A stretch of DNA of 64,000 nucleotides from the human T2T-CHM13v2.0 reference genome, Homo sapiens. Each line of letters starts with the position of its first letter. The first letter of the stretch is position 1. The notes beneath the pieces were generated by a model that worked only from the letters and a program-made list of their open reading frames with translations, ran no database searches and was not told the DNA's origin. The stretch covers positions 32,480,001 to 32,544,000 of the forward strand of contig CP068257.2 of NCBI GenBank assembly GCA_009914755.4, given 5' to 3'. Shown here piece by piece: positions 41,953 through 57,307 of this stretch. The translations under genes and the position numbers were made by a program.

Positions 41953-44433
41953 CTTGCAAAAATTTTTTATAATATTTCCTATTATTTTAATATTTATGAA
42001 ATCTGTAGTTGTTTCACCTTTCTCATTCCCAGTGCCTTTAATTTATACCTTACCTCTTTTTACTCAACAGTCTGGCTATAGAGGCCCTTACCTCTTTTTA
42101 CTCAACAGTCTGGCTATAGAGGCATATCAATTTTACGAATCTTCTCCATGAACTAGTGTTTGGTTTCATTGATGTTCTCTGTTTTTCTTTTTTCTGCTTT
42201 GGGGATTTCTCCTCTCTCTCTCTCTTCTCATCTTACTGGATTTAATTTGCTCTTTTCCTAGTTTCTTAAAGTAGAAGCTGAGACTATTGATTCGAGGCCT
42301 TTTTTTTTTTCTTACCTAGGTGTTCAGTAGATATGAATTTCCTGACAAGTATTGCTTTCATGGCATCCCCCAAATTTTGATTTGTAGCATTTTCTTTTTC
42401 ATTCAATTCAAAGTACTTTGTAATTGCCCTTTTGATTTCTCCTTCTACCTGTTTGTCCAGCTTATTTAGATATCTGTTTAGTTTCCAAGTGTTGAGGCAT
42501 TTTTCGAAGATTTTTGTGTATAACTTGAATCCCTTTATGTTATATGGCCCAGAATATGGTTGGCCTCGGTAAATGTTCTGTGTACACTTAGGAAGAATGT
42601 CTGTCTTGTGATTGTTGGGTAAAGGGTTCTATAAATGTCAGTTAACTCCACTTGGTTAATGTTGGTGTTCACTTTTTCTATATCCTTGGTGATTTTCTGT
42701 ATAAGTAGTTCTATCGATTACTGAAAGAGGAATGTTAAAAGACTTCAGCTGTGATTCTGGATGTGTCCATTTCTCTGTTCAGTTCTGCTGTTCTTATATG
42801 TTGAAGCTCGGTTATCTGGTGCATGTATATTTAAGATTGTTACATCTTGGTGGACCCATTATTATGTATTGTCTCTTTTTATTCCTGGTAATTTTCTTTG
42901 CTCTGAAGTCTGCTTTGTCTGATATTACTGTAGCCACTTGAGCTTGCTTTTGATTAGTGTTTTTGGTTGGTATATATTTTTCTGTCCTTTTATTTAATTA
43001 TATGTTTACTTGAATAATTATTCCACTAGGCTTGGCTTTAAGAGTAAATGGTCACTTGGTAAATTTACTTACAAGTTTTGAACCTCTTTGCCCTTTGTCT
43101 GGAATTACACAAAATGCCATCCCTTTTCTCATAAGTTCCTTCCTTGCTGAATTTGTTCCTTTTCAACTTGATCTTCCCAGCTTCCTGTGAGAGCTCCACA
43201 TTTCATGCTAACACCATCACGGTCAAAGATTTACTCTGGACCTGCTCCGTGTTCGTCTCTATTCGGAGTGCTAGGGTTAACACCAGAGCCTTTCTTCCTA
43301 TGGCAACTGTGCTTTAGTGGAGTGAGGCAGACAGTAAGCAAATGCATACTGTGCCAGTGGTGAGAACGTACTTTGTGGAACAAAACAAAGCCTTGAGTGA
43401 GGGCAATGGAGAGTGAGGGGCCTTGGTGGAGCTAGGAGGGTGCTGCTTTAGGAGAGTGGGCACAGAAGGTCTCTCTGAGAGGGTGACATTTGGACAGAGA
43501 CATGATAGAAGCAAGAGATGAGCTATGTGGAAGTTGGGCGGAGAACATTTCCAACAGAAGGACCAGCGAGTACAAAGGCCTGGGAGGGGAATGTGCTTGG
43601 GAGTCCTGAGAACCACATGTATGCCTAGAACAAGGCAAGCGATGACGAAAATTTCATAGTTTTAACCAGCTAGAACATTGCAGGATTTTGAAATACTGCC
43701 CTGAAAACTGACCTTTAGTCACATAATGGTCCAAATCAGACAGTACAAGGGAGGCTTAACCTTTTAGGTCTGAGAGGAGCCAGGAGTGGGTAGGGATGGG
43801 CTCTTTCCTTGCACTGTCAGCCAGCAGGCTGCTGAGGACCTTGTCAATCTTTGAAGACCAGTGAGCCGTGCGGGATGCCCGTCGACATTAGTCTGGTTTG
43901 AGTGATGAGTGGTAAATTCTTTTTCTTACTTAAGGTTCCAGTAATTTTCTTTTTGTTCCTTGTCCGTATTGAACATAGTTGTAGACCAGTCCCATGCCTT
44001 TCTTAATCTTTTCCCATGTTTGTGGGCTCATGGTTCTCTTAGGTGTGTTAGTTCACAGGGAAAATCCTTTGAAAAGTTAGAAGAGTATCTAATAGATGTT
44101 TTCACACACACACACAACATTAATGAATAGTTTGGAAAATTCAGTCTCGTCAATGGATTAGAAGTTTTCCCCCATGCTTTCTAGTACTTCACACCATCTG
44201 TAATGTCACAGTGTGTTTTTGCTGCCATAAAGCTGGTTTGGATTCATATTTTCACAAGAGTGTAATGGGAAAGACCATAGAAAAAGGGAGATTGGGCTTA
44301 ACACTGCAATTCTGTTTAGCTGGTCAGCTGGTAGTTTCTATTTTGACAAGGTTATGTGTGTGTATGTGTGTGTTTGTGTGTAGTTGATGTCTGTCTAGGA
44401 AGAGTAAAATGGAAACACTGACCAAAATAGTAG

Positions 44434-44676
<243 letters not shown>

Positions 44677-45110
44677 GAAGATTCGCCAGATTTTAGCCTT
44701 ATATGTAATTCCTTCACATTTGGGCAGCATGGACGAGAAGGAAGAATTTGCAAGTTTGGCCTTTATATAAGCATGTGTTGCAGGTGCTGTTTGATTTTTC
44801 TAAGGTATTTTTAGCCCTTGATCCCCTTTGCTTGCGAGAGGTGGGGAACTGCTCACTGACAGCTTCTCTGTAACCTGCAGTACCAGTGGATCGTTCTTGA
44901 TTTTGTTTTCATTAGTGTCATTTCTTTGTCATTGAGGACTTTTCCCCTTACAACAGTAACACCATTTTTTGAAGAGCAAAACTTATAATACCTCCTGGGA
45001 TTGTGAGCTAGTCATTCAGCCTGTGTAACCATGTGGAAATAAAAATTGACGACCAATGTATTATATGGACAACTTTTGCTTTGAGTAATAAACTTGATTG
45101 TAGGAATGTG
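44677..45110 (+). other. MRPS6: MRPS6 3'UTR with two candidate poly(A) signals (AATAAA at 45038-45043 and 45087-45092). The exact cleavage site is not determinable from sequence alone.
   Basis: Non-repeat sequence contiguous with the stop codon. Two canonical AATAAA hexamers lie about 360-415 nt downstream of the stop, and the second is followed by a GT/T-rich tract (TTGATTGTAGGAATGTGGGAGGTGTTTTGT). Confidence 0.55.
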
Positions 45111-48100
45111 GGAGGTGTTTTGTCCCTTTACTTACCCAGTGCAGTGCACTTCCAGGGCCCCGCAGCTCCAGTCTAGCTGGCAGTGCCTGGCAGTGTCGGG
45201 GAGGCATTACCCAGTACCCACTGAGGTCCAGAGCCGGGGTGGGGCAGGGGAGGAGGGGTGTCTGTCTGTTCCTTACTGGGCACGCCACAAAATCAGTGAC
45301 TTTTCCCTGCACACCTCACTTGTCATTGTGGTTTGTGCTGCTCTTTGTGGTGGGACGTGTGTTCTGGTGCAGTTAAGGTCTCATGCTGCTCCCTGTCATT
45401 CCTTTGCTACTAGCACCTGCCTCCTCCACTGTCCCTCATCCCAGGGCAGGCCTCTTGTAGGAAGTAGCCTCCTGGCAGTGGCATGGCTTCCAGGATGGGT
45501 GAGGATGAGGTCGTTTCCCAAAACAGTCACCTGCATCTCTTCCTCGGTCTCCTCGGGGCTGATTGGAAAGACTTGACTAGCCCTTCCCCCTTCCCAGGGG
45601 GTGCCCTGCACAAGGTGTCTGTCACCATCACAGATGACGGAACTTCTGCACATAAAATGTTGGGGGAAGTGCCGGTTCTGGGAATCTCTGAAAAGCAGGA
45701 AGGAGCCGAGAGTTCTGGCCTCTGCTTTGTTTTTAACCATGGCAAGACCGGAGGATGGAGAGATGTGCAAGAGATGCCCAAAGCGCCAGGAGGGCCTGGT
45801 CTCCCAGCTCTGGCCCAGCGCCTCCTCCCTCTGTAGCAGCTGCCTGTGTCTGCACTGGGTCATCAGTGTTGTCGCCTTGCTTATTAAGAACTCAGGCGGT
45901 ATCCAGCTTAACTTCCTCCAGAGGCAAAAAGCTATAAAAAGTCTCTCTGAAGAGCAATAATTCAGTGAAGAGGCTCATTAAGAACTGTAGACTGGAAATA
46001 AAAGGGGTAAAGATTATCTGGGAAAATATGCTACTTCCTGTTTTATTCGGAATTTCCTGAAAGCGCAGGCTCTCGGTCAGGGCTCGCGAGAGCACCAACT
46101 CTCTAGCAGACACTTTGTGTCCTGATGTTCTTTGACTCGGTGCGATCTGAGGTCCATTTTGCTTGGAGTTTATTAAACGCACGCCATGTGCCATGCTGCA
46201 CACTTATGTCCATTCCCTCAGTTACTCCTTTCAGCAGCCCCAGGAAAGGCAGCATTGCTATACCTGTTGCTTGGACTAGGAAACCCCCACTCAGATTTGC
46301 CCTTGACCCCACAACTGCCAGTGATAGCTGGAATCTTGAACTAGGGACCCTGATGCCATCTGTTTTTTCCTTCTTGTAACAGTAAGGTTGTCTTTGCCCT
46401 CTCAGGTTAAACAAGGCACTTGGGTGTCTGGAGTGAATTGTCACCACTCAGTTAGTGGCATTTGGCCGCATGGCCCGAGTGTAGCACTGGCACTTTCTTT
46501 TCCTGCACTTGCCGGTCCCTGACAAGACGCCATTGGGTATTCCAGGTCATGCAATCCTGTGGCACAATTTAGAGAGCATTAGGAAGGAGGCTGGCAAAGT
46601 AGGGCAGCCGTGCAGTATGCCAGTTCCCCTCCTTGGAAGCTCCAAAACGAAGCCACTGTCTTTCCCCTGTGAGTGGTTGGTGCATAGCTGGATCCTCAGC
46701 AACTGAGGGGTCCTCATCCCCTGGCAGCTGCTGGCCCGTCGGGATGTCTAGTGTTGGAGCAGGGCGTGCAGGTGGGTGGTTTCCAGGCCACTTATTTGTC
46801 AGAGTAGAGCATCCGGTCTCCCTGCCCAGGCTGGTGGTGGTCCGAGGCTCTGGTCTCCTCCTTCAGGGGATGATAATGGCAAAGTGCTGGCAGTAGAGCC
46901 ATAGACAAAGACAGGCCCTGGCCTCGTGGAGCTGAGAATTGGCATGGAGGCAGACAAAGTATGTACAGTGTAGGAGCTGCTGGGGGGAGTACAGAGGATG
47001 GAGTGGGGAGGGCACGTGCAAGCTGAGCTCTGAAGGGCGAGGAGCCAGTCGTGTGATGTCACAAGGAACTGAGGGGCCAGATCTGGGAGACTGGAGACCT
47101 GTGAGGAGTTAAGCGCAAAGGGATAGGAGGTTGCCAATGGGAAATGACGCATGGAAGGCAGAAGGCTGGCATCGGGTGAGGCATCAGCTTCAGGATGCTC
47201 CCTGGGGGGCTCATGTCCTTGGAAAGGGCATCTTCCTGGGATTTGCAGCCTTGACTATTCGTGGGCCTCTTTGGACAGGCTCAGTCTTCCAGAAGTACTT
47301 GGTTTGATCTCGCCAATACTCGGCTTGACTGGCTGCATTTTAGGATACGAAACTTGGACTTCTGAAAGGAATTTAAGAGGAACATCGGCATTTAAGATAT
47401 GGTGCTCAGGATTGATGACATAGGTGATATTTATCCTCATGATCCTGTCAGCACTCAGAGTCACCCCTTTCCTCTTCCAGCATGTCTGGAAGGGCTTATT
47501 TTTGCCAGTGGGCCCTGCCCCCTGGCTGGAGGAAAGTATGCTGGCTCCAGTCTACGAGAGTGGAGGTCCTGAGAGTCTGCAGTCCCAAGTCCAAAGTAGT
47601 GGCCACAGTTCAGGCCTGTGACAAGCCAGGGGGTTGTTTTTTGAAGGTGGCCCAGGGAGGTTGAAAATGAGAGCCTGGGGGCCCAAGAAGCTAGTCTACC
47701 GAGCTGGTCTTGATAGGGGAGACCCTAACCCAGTGGCGCTAGAGGAATTAAAGACACACACACAGAAATATAGAGGTGTGAAGTGGGAAATCAGGGGTCT
47801 CACAGCCTCCAGAGCTGAGAGCCCCGAACAGAGATTTACCCACGTATTTATTAACAGCAAGGCAGTCATTAGCATTGTTTCTATAGATATTAAATTAACT
47901 AAAATTAACTAACTAAATTAACTAAAAGTTTCTATAGATATTAAATTAACTAAAAGTATCCCTTATGGGAAACGAAGGGATGGGCCGAATTAAGGGAATA
48001 GTTTGGGTTAGTTAACTGCAGCAGGAGCATGTCCTTAAGGCACAGATCGCTCATGCTATTGTTTGTGGCTTAAGAATGCCTTTAAGCAGTTTCCCCGCCC

Positions 48101-48834
48101 TGGGCAGGCCAGGTGTTCCTTTCCCTCATTCCTGTAAACCCACAACTTTCCAGCTTGGGCATTAGGGCCATTATGAACATGTTACAGTGCTGCAGATATT
48201 TTGTTTATGGCCAGTTTTGGGGCCAGTTTATGGCCAGATTTTGGGGGGGGCCTGCTCCCAACAGAAGCTGCTCCATGACATTCACAATGGTGGATCCATT
48301 CACATGGATTGTTCATGAAGCATCTGAAGGGAGACAGGCGCTGTACCATGGAGTGTCAACAAAGGACCATGGAGCCCAGTAGATTTTTGCTGAAAGACCA
48401 AATGTATGTTGATTGAGATGAAGTATTCGGTTAAAAGATTAGAGAGTACGGAAAACATGAGCCGCTTTTCCAAGCTTTTAGTTGAGTCTGGAAGAGCCCT
48501 GGTGTACCCCCACCCACTTGAGGGATCCCACAGTGCTTTCAGCAGGAGTTCAATGTGGGTATTCCTTTACCCTCCCGACAGCCCCCTAAGCCAAATATTC
48601 TTTTGTTTTATGACTTAAGACACCTGAGGCTTACAGGATAATAGATAACATCCCCAAGGCCGCAAAAGGAGGAGGAGTTGGAGTTGGGAGTCATGTCTCT
48701 CTTTCCAGAGCCCATTTTGGCCTGCTTACAGGCTCCTGGAGGTAGATGTTGCCAATCCCTGCAGTCCTGATTATGCCACGAGGGGCTGGCTCTGGATGAC
48801 CTGCTCCTCTGGGCCCTTCCGACGCTGCACCTAG

Positions 48835-49216
<382 letters not shown>

Positions 49217-52200
49217 GAGTGTTTTAAATCTCAGGTCTTCAAACAGAAATCCTGAGAACATCAGAAAATGTTGGTGTCTCCTGGAGACCAGGTATTTTTT
49301 TCTCATGATTCTCCCTGCTCTGTAATTCCCACTGCTCATTTCTCTCCACATTGCTCCACGGGTGTCTTTTGAGAGTACACATATGGCAGGTGCTGCTCTG
49401 GGCAGGATACAAAGATCAGAGGGGCAGTGTTCTGGCCTCAGGGCTCTCACACGTGGGGGTTGGACTGTTCAGCTGTCTAAAACACAGCCCATAATAAATA
49501 TAATAACAAATGTTTAAACCAAGTGCTAGGAAACTGGGGCGGGGACGGGGGAGAACTAGATTGACTAGTGCCTGGAATGAGAGTGGGGCCAGGTGGGGAG
49601 GTGGTGAGACTGCATGGTGAGCTTTGGGAACCCCTGGGAGGGGGGCAAGTTACAGTGTGATGGTGAGAAGGATGGTGGAAATGTCAGAGTTGCAGGGCTT
49701 GTGGCTGGAGGTAAGATTGGGAAGTCAGGTTGCTCAGGGTTTCTTGAAAGATCTTTACAAAGAGCCAAGAATGAGTCTTGTGCATGTTAACTTGCTATAA
49801 AACATGCCTCCTAATTGAGTAACCCCATGCTGCCTGCATATTTGTGAGGAAGGAAATAATTCCACTGATTGGCCATGGAGAAGTACAAAGAGGGCTGAGG
49901 CAAGGGGTGCAGATGTCTACAAGAAGGTGGGCAGTGTGGACTAGAGAGGGCGAGTGCTCGCCAGGCAACCCCTTCCTGAACAGTGTGTGCTTTGAAATGT
50001 GCGTAGGAGCGTGTGAAAAGTACAAATTATTCTCTCTCTGCTGTGGTCTGGGCTACTGCCATTTGCGTTAGGAGGTCTCCGCAGAGAGATGACGGCACCT
50101 GTAATGGCCTTGTGATGCTACCTGCCAGTCCCTGGCCTGTTTTCTGCACCTGGAAACAGACAAGTATGGTGTTGATGGTGGGAAGTTTCCAAGGCGATTT
50201 GTGGGATTCTTGGTCACCTTGAAAAAATGCAGTAGTGGAATGATCATAGGACTTTGGGTTGGAGAACTGCTCAGAGAACTCTCCACCCACCAGCCTTGAC
50301 CATGTTCAGTTTCTTCTCCCGGTCTAAGTGTCCTCACATGGAAAATGTGGCCAGTGAAGCAGATGGTCTCAAAGAGCCTGTCCTGGTCTCTAATACCCTG
50401 GACCGAGTTACTGCCTGGTTTGCTGAAGAGTTATTCCATCAGTGATTAAAGAACTTGGTAGTTGGTAGGATATGGAGGTGGGGAAGGGTTAAAATAATTT
50501 CTTAGAGGCTTATTCTTTGCACACTTCTTTTCATGTTCTGATAAGCATAGCTGTTGTTTTCATAACCTGCCATTGGATTCTGTGGGGCTGACTAGTAATC
50601 TCATTCTAAACAGAATAGGCCTGTCTTTAATCACAAGAAAACAGCAAAGGAGTCCCAGAGGTCAGCACAGTCATTTGCTGGGCTCAGATTGCCAGCATTC
50701 TTTTTGTTCTCTGAAAATGAAGCTTTAAGGGACATGGGCTTACAGCCAAATACAGGCAAGACACATTCTGTTAGTCGCAGGAGGAAAACCATGTCGAAAC
50801 GAAAAGTCCATATTGGTGGTAGTTTTTTGAGAGCTACACCACAACCCCCAAAATTGACCTCTAAAGTGACAACAGTAAGACCTGGATAATCCTGCACATT
50901 CCTAGTGCCACCACAACCCAGTGAGATTAACAAAAGACTCATGGAACCAAACTTCATCCCCAAAGTATTCAGGTCCGCTGGGCTGCTGAAGGGGAGCAGC
51001 ACTGGTGTCTGGGTGTGGCATCTGAACCTTTGCTTCCAGAACACCAGCATCGTCACATTTCTCAGAGAAAGCAATTTGCCTTGAGACAGTTCCATTGTGA
51101 GTGGAAGAGACAAGGGTGCATTGTTCACCAGACAATGCCTGAAGTAAGGATTATGCAAAATGGACTCTTGACCTCTCTATTCCAAATAAGTGGGAGACTC
51201 TGTAGTTTCCATAAAGCTTGTATTGAGCTAAATGATGTGACTTGGATGTAGCATCCTTTGTCTAATCGGATACCAAAATGTTAAGCACCTATTTGTGAAA
51301 GACTGGATATTACACTTTGACAGAGGTGTCAGGCTCTGTTAATTGGTATCGTGGATGCTCATTATTGGCAGATTCCATATTTGCGAGTCTGCTTACTTGC
51401 TAAAATTTATGTCCTCAAAATGAATACCCATGATACTTTTGTAGTCATTCAACGGGTATGTGTAGAGTAGCAAAGAATTTGAGTCACTTGACAAGTCTGT
51501 TCCCTGTCGAACAAAGCAACACTCTGCCTTCTTGTTCCAGCTCTCATACTGTAAACAAGTGTCTTTTTCACTATTTAGTGCCATTTTTTTTTTTTGCATT
51601 TGTGTGCTTTTTCATGGTGCTTTTGCTGTTTCAAATGGCCCCCAAGTGTAGTGCTGCAGGACTGTGTTCTAAGCGCAAGAAGGCTGTGATGTGCCTTTTG
51701 GAGAAGATACCTGTTAGACAAACTTGTTCAGCCATGAGTTCTAGTGCCATTGGCCTTGAGTTCAATGTTAATCAACAGTATGTAGTAAACGTCTTTAAAA
51801 CGAAACACACATAAAACAAGCTCACGGATTGATGGGTTGACATAAGCGTTGTGACCAAAGGCTAACCTAACCCTGTATTTCCCCTAGGAGCGATAATTCA
51901 GGGTTCTCTAAGTCAGTGTTGATGGCAACTTTAAAGAACACAACTACTGCAGATAACAAGAATAGGCTCTATTTGATGCAGGAATTTTGCTTAGTTTTCT
52001 GCTGAGGGTCTTTTTGACATCTTTCTGTAAATCTCCAACTTTTACCTGCAAAAAAGGGGAGTTTGATTCCCACCATTTTTCTTACTCTGCTTGTCTTGTC
52101 TGTCTCCCACCATCCTGCCTCCTCTTCTCATGCACACAAACTTTCATCCTCCACCATCTCCCGTCCACTAGGCAACTATGACATCTGCATGAGCAAGGGG

Positions 52201-53002
52201 CCTTCTCTTTGAAAGGAGCCCTTAGAAAAGTACCTTGGCAGAGAATTTGGTGATGTGGCCAGAAAGAGCCAGACTGTACTAGGAGAGCCTGGATGCAGTA
52301 CTCCTGTTACCTTCCAGCCTCAGGAACAGGCAGATTGGATGGGGTTTAGTGAGGCCAAGGAAAGGGATAATTAGTAAGTATAGCAACTCTCCTCTGCAGG
52401 CACCATGACAGCTCAGGAGTTTTCAAATACTCTCCAAATACATTTTAATTACTTTTAAAACACCAGCAAAGGGTCATTCACAAAGCAAAATCACAGGGGA
52501 TTTTAAAGGCGCTGATTTTATAAAGTTAGCAGTTAAATGTTTTAAAAGCTTGTTCCTCTTCCATATATCTTACCAGATCTAAAAATAATATGAAGAAGTT
52601 ATTTATAAATGTGGCTAAGTAAAATGCTAAAGAAATCTCTGTTAACCGCTCTGTTAACCCAAATGGTTTTGGGGTTAAATCTCTGTTCTGGCAAGCATGA
52701 CGCTGTAACAGTGAGTGTCCTCACCTTGTAGCGCTATTCGTACTCCCTTTCCTTTCCTAAAACTGGCACATGGATTGAGAAACTAGAAACCTATGTTTGT
52801 AAAAAATCCAAACATACCTAAAAATAACAAGTTAATGTAACAAATTTGAGGAACTTACCACTCAGATTTAATAGATACTGTATTTTTGCTATATATCTTT
52901 CAGAGCTTTTATTTTAAAGAAAATATTAGGTATAGTTGAAATCCTTTGTACCCCCTCTTATCCTATTCCTTCCCTCAAGAGGTAGCCATATCTAAAGTCA
53001 GT

Positions 53003-53425
53003 GTAATAGTCTGTTCTTGCACTGCCATGAAGAAATACCCAAGACTGGGTAATTTATAAAGAAAAGAAGTTTAATTGGCTTATGGTTCTGCAGGCTGTAT
53101 GGGAAGTGTGGTGCCGGCATTTGCTCGGCTTTTGGGGGAGGCCTCAGGAAACTTACAATCATGGCAGAAGGTGAAGTGGAAGGAGGTGTGTCTTACATGG
53201 CTGGAGCAGAAGGAAGAGAGAAAGTGGGGAGGGGCTATACATTTTTAAACAACCAGATCTCACAGTAACACTCACTATTGCCATGACAACAATTAGGGGG
53301 ATGATCTTAAACCACCAGAAACTGCCCCCATGATCCAGTCACCTCCCACCAGGCCCCTTCTCCAACACTGGAGATTACAATTCAGCATGAGATTTGGGCA
53401 GGGACACAGACCCAAACCATTATCA
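53003..53425 (-). mobile_element. Solo LTR of the MaLR (THE1/MST) family in minus orientation.
   Basis: The reverse complement ends with the THE1 3' motif (..CCTCTTTCCTTTATAAATTACCCAGTCTTGGGTATTTCTTCATGGCAGTGCAAGAACAGACTATTACA) and begins with the THE1 5' motif (TGATAATGGTTTGGGTCTGTGTCCCTGCCCAAATCTCATGCTGAATTGTAATCTCCAGTGTTGGAGAAGGGGCCTGGTGGGAGGTGACTGGATCATGGGGG..). Confidence 0.7.
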
Positions 53426-54190
53426 GTCAGTGTGTATCATTTATATCCATATTTTATATTTTTGATACATATATATGCAGCTACAACTCATTGTTTTGTG
53501 GATTCTTATTCGTGGTATGCAAGCTTCAGTGATAGGCTTTTGTTTTTCATTTCTTCAGCACTCATTTTGAGATCTATCAGGTGGATGCTTGTTGACGTAG
53601 TTCACTGATTTCTCCTGTCATATAGTATGCCATGTGTGACTGTATCCCAGTTTGTCCACTTGCCTATTCATGGGCATTTCCAATTTGACAGTTTCAAGCA
53701 ATGCTGCCATGGACTTACTGCTAGTTAGCTATCTCCTGGCGCATATATGTGAGTGTGCAAACTGAGAAGAACTGCTGGCTAGAGAAGGGAAGAACTGGTT
53801 TGTTCAGTATTTTCATCTCCGTTATTAACAAATTTCTCTCCAAAGTCATTGCATCAGTTTACACACCCATCAGCAAGGTTTAAGATTTCTGTTTTCAAGT
53901 ACCTCCCACTATGTGGTATTACGTTTTTTAAAGCCTTGCCAGTCTAATAAGTGTCAACAAGTGTCTCTTAAAGTTATATTTTCTCTATTATTAATAAGCA
54001 TGAACTTTCATGGGAACGGTCATTCTGAGTTTTTCTCCCTGTTAATTGCCTGTTTATAATATTTTATAAACATAATAATTTGCTGATTTCCTTCCTGGAT
54101 TGTTTGTCATTTTTCTGACCTAAGAAAACAGAAAAGCAATGCTTGCTATACAAAGTGCAGTTCGGAGAGGGTTTAAGACCACTACCATGA

Positions 54191-54614
<424 letters not shown>

Positions 54615-55953
54615 CTAATATTACGATGCCCTTTATTCTTGATGACAGTCACCATGAGAATCCCAGGCCCTCCAGAAGATCCCTCACCCTTGGCGACCCA
54701 ATCTCCACTCAGCTTCATACCTTCCTTCCTTTGACTCAACTTCCTGTCCAATCGTGAAACCTGTTCTCAGGGCCCCTGGAACTCACAGTCATCAGTGGTC
54801 TCTGATCACCTCCACCTCTTCTGTAAACATTTCCTGCTTGTTGCTCCAGTGGAAGCTGGGGCCCCTTGAAGCCTCTGCTTCCCCTGTAGCCCTCTCAGGA
54901 GTGGGTCTTTTCTCTACCACGAGGCCTAGAGGTAAAGCAGGCGTCTTCAGTCCTCTTTGTCCCATCCAGACCATTGCCCAATCTCATGCCATTGGGCTAA
55001 ACCATCGGGGGTTCAGTCATCTGTGGTTCCCCAGGCCACCTCCTGTGTTCCTTGAAGGCTTCAGCTCCCAGCCACTGTTACTCTCTCCAATCCAATCTCA
55101 CGTGACCCTAGGCGACTTAGGTGATCCTTTCCAAAAGCCTGGCCTCCTGGCTACCCAGTCTCCTCCCCACCACCCTGCCATCCATCTAACATTAGTCACC
55201 CACTCCCGGGTTACACCTCAGGCCCTGTCATTGCCAAAAACGACATTATTCAGAGTCCTAATTTCAAACATCCCGCTCTTCCCTCCTAGCTCACTCCCTC
55301 TTATACCCTGGCTCCAATCCCATTCCCTCAACCCTACAGGGCCCCACTTATCCTACTGGCTATCCATTGTCTCTCCTCATGCCCTCACTGCCCTCCTCAC
55401 CCTCCTTAAATTTCAAGTCTACTGCTGCAACCAACTCTCCAGGCCTCTCTTGATGATACTCAGACTCTACCACAGCCTGCACCTATGGGCTGGATGTGCC
55501 TGGGGAAAAGCATATCTCTGCTGACTGGTCTCATGACCACAACCACACAGGGGCCTGTGGTGCTCCTGGGGGCAGCATGGCTCCCCAGACCTCTACCTTC
55601 CCAGGAAACTAGGTCCTTCTTTCCCTTCTCAACCTTCCAGTACCTTTGGGCCCTCATTTTACCTCTGCTAATTGGCTTTGTTCCCTATTTTACTGAAAAA
55701 ATGGAGGAATCAGAAGAAATATTCCACAAATGTTTGAACCACTTCCGCTGTTCTGTGTCTGTGACTGCACCCTCCAGCCCCGCTCCGGGGAATGTTCCTG
55801 ATGCTGCGTCTCATTGAGGTGGGGGTCAGGGGAGGGGTGCTCCCATCTCCTGTGCCCAAGGTCCGGTCCCCTCGGACCTGCTTGGGGGCTTCGCTCCGCA
55901 AACTTCCCCTCACCCTGCTGCATCATCAAAATGGTCATGCAGTTTGATGGTCA

Positions 55954-56316
<363 letters not shown>

Positions 56317-57307
56317 TCATTTCCTCTCAGTCTCTTTAATGAAATAATGGTTTAACGAAGAGAAGCCAAGCTTTGTCCCGAAAGTGCCCCAACGTCCCCG
56401 GGACTCGCCTGCCTCGCGCTTTGCCCCGCAAAGGGACCTTCCTTGGGGTGCTGTGTGCCCCACAGTGGGTTGACCAAGCTGCCTATGGCAGGGCCCTAAT
56501 GTGAGCACCAGTGTGGTAACTGAAGGAGCAGTTTGGTGGCCTGGAATGGCGTGCTTAGGGCCAACCCAGTCCTTCCTTGCAGATGACCCTCACGCTGGCT
56601 GGTTTTCTTCCAAATTGGTGCCAATCTAATGATATTTCCATGCTCAAAATTATGTCAATGGGGAGAATGGGGAGACATTGGTCAAAGTACACAAAACTTT
56701 AGTTAGACAGAAGGAGGAAGCTCAAGAGACCTGTCATACAGCATGGTGACTAGAGTCAATATATTGTATATTGAAAATTGCAAAGAGAGTAGATGTTAAG
56801 TGTTCTCACCATAAAAAGTATGGGGAGTTATGTATGTGTTAAATAGCTTGATTTAGCCATTCCACGATATACACATGTATCAGAACATCAGGTTGTATAC
56901 CATACATATATACAATTTGTACTTGTCAATTGAGAAATTAAAATGTATATATACATCTCAACCCAAGCCTTCCTGTCTGAGCACTGTTGCGTGCTTGTGG
57001 CTGTGTTGTTCTCCCACTTCCTGAGCTGATTCTCTTCAGGTAAATGAATCAGTGTGGGTAGATCCATTTCATTTTGCCTCCTAGGCCTATCTGAACTGCT
57101 GCGAGGACTGGTTCTGACGTAGGAGCTGCTTTTGTGTTGAATTGGGTTTGTGGCAATGGTGACAGTCAGATGCTGTGGGGGGTGAGGCCACCCTGAGCTG
57201 GGGGAGGGTGTGGGGCACTAGTTGTCCACCCGTGTTCCATGTTACCATATGAAAAAAGTAGCTTACAGAGCATGTCAGTACAGCCTGTTCTCTTCTTAAA
57301 AGAAAAC

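Noticed and set aside
54754-55524. 256-aa ORF on the + strand, and neighbouring ORFs at 55485-55817 (+) and 55951-56310 (-).
   Set aside because: Proline/serine/leucine-rich low-complexity translations of unique GC-moderate sequence flanked by Alus. There are no recognisable domains, no splice signals consistent with exons, and the ORFs begin or end inside Alu sequence. They were judged chance ORFs.
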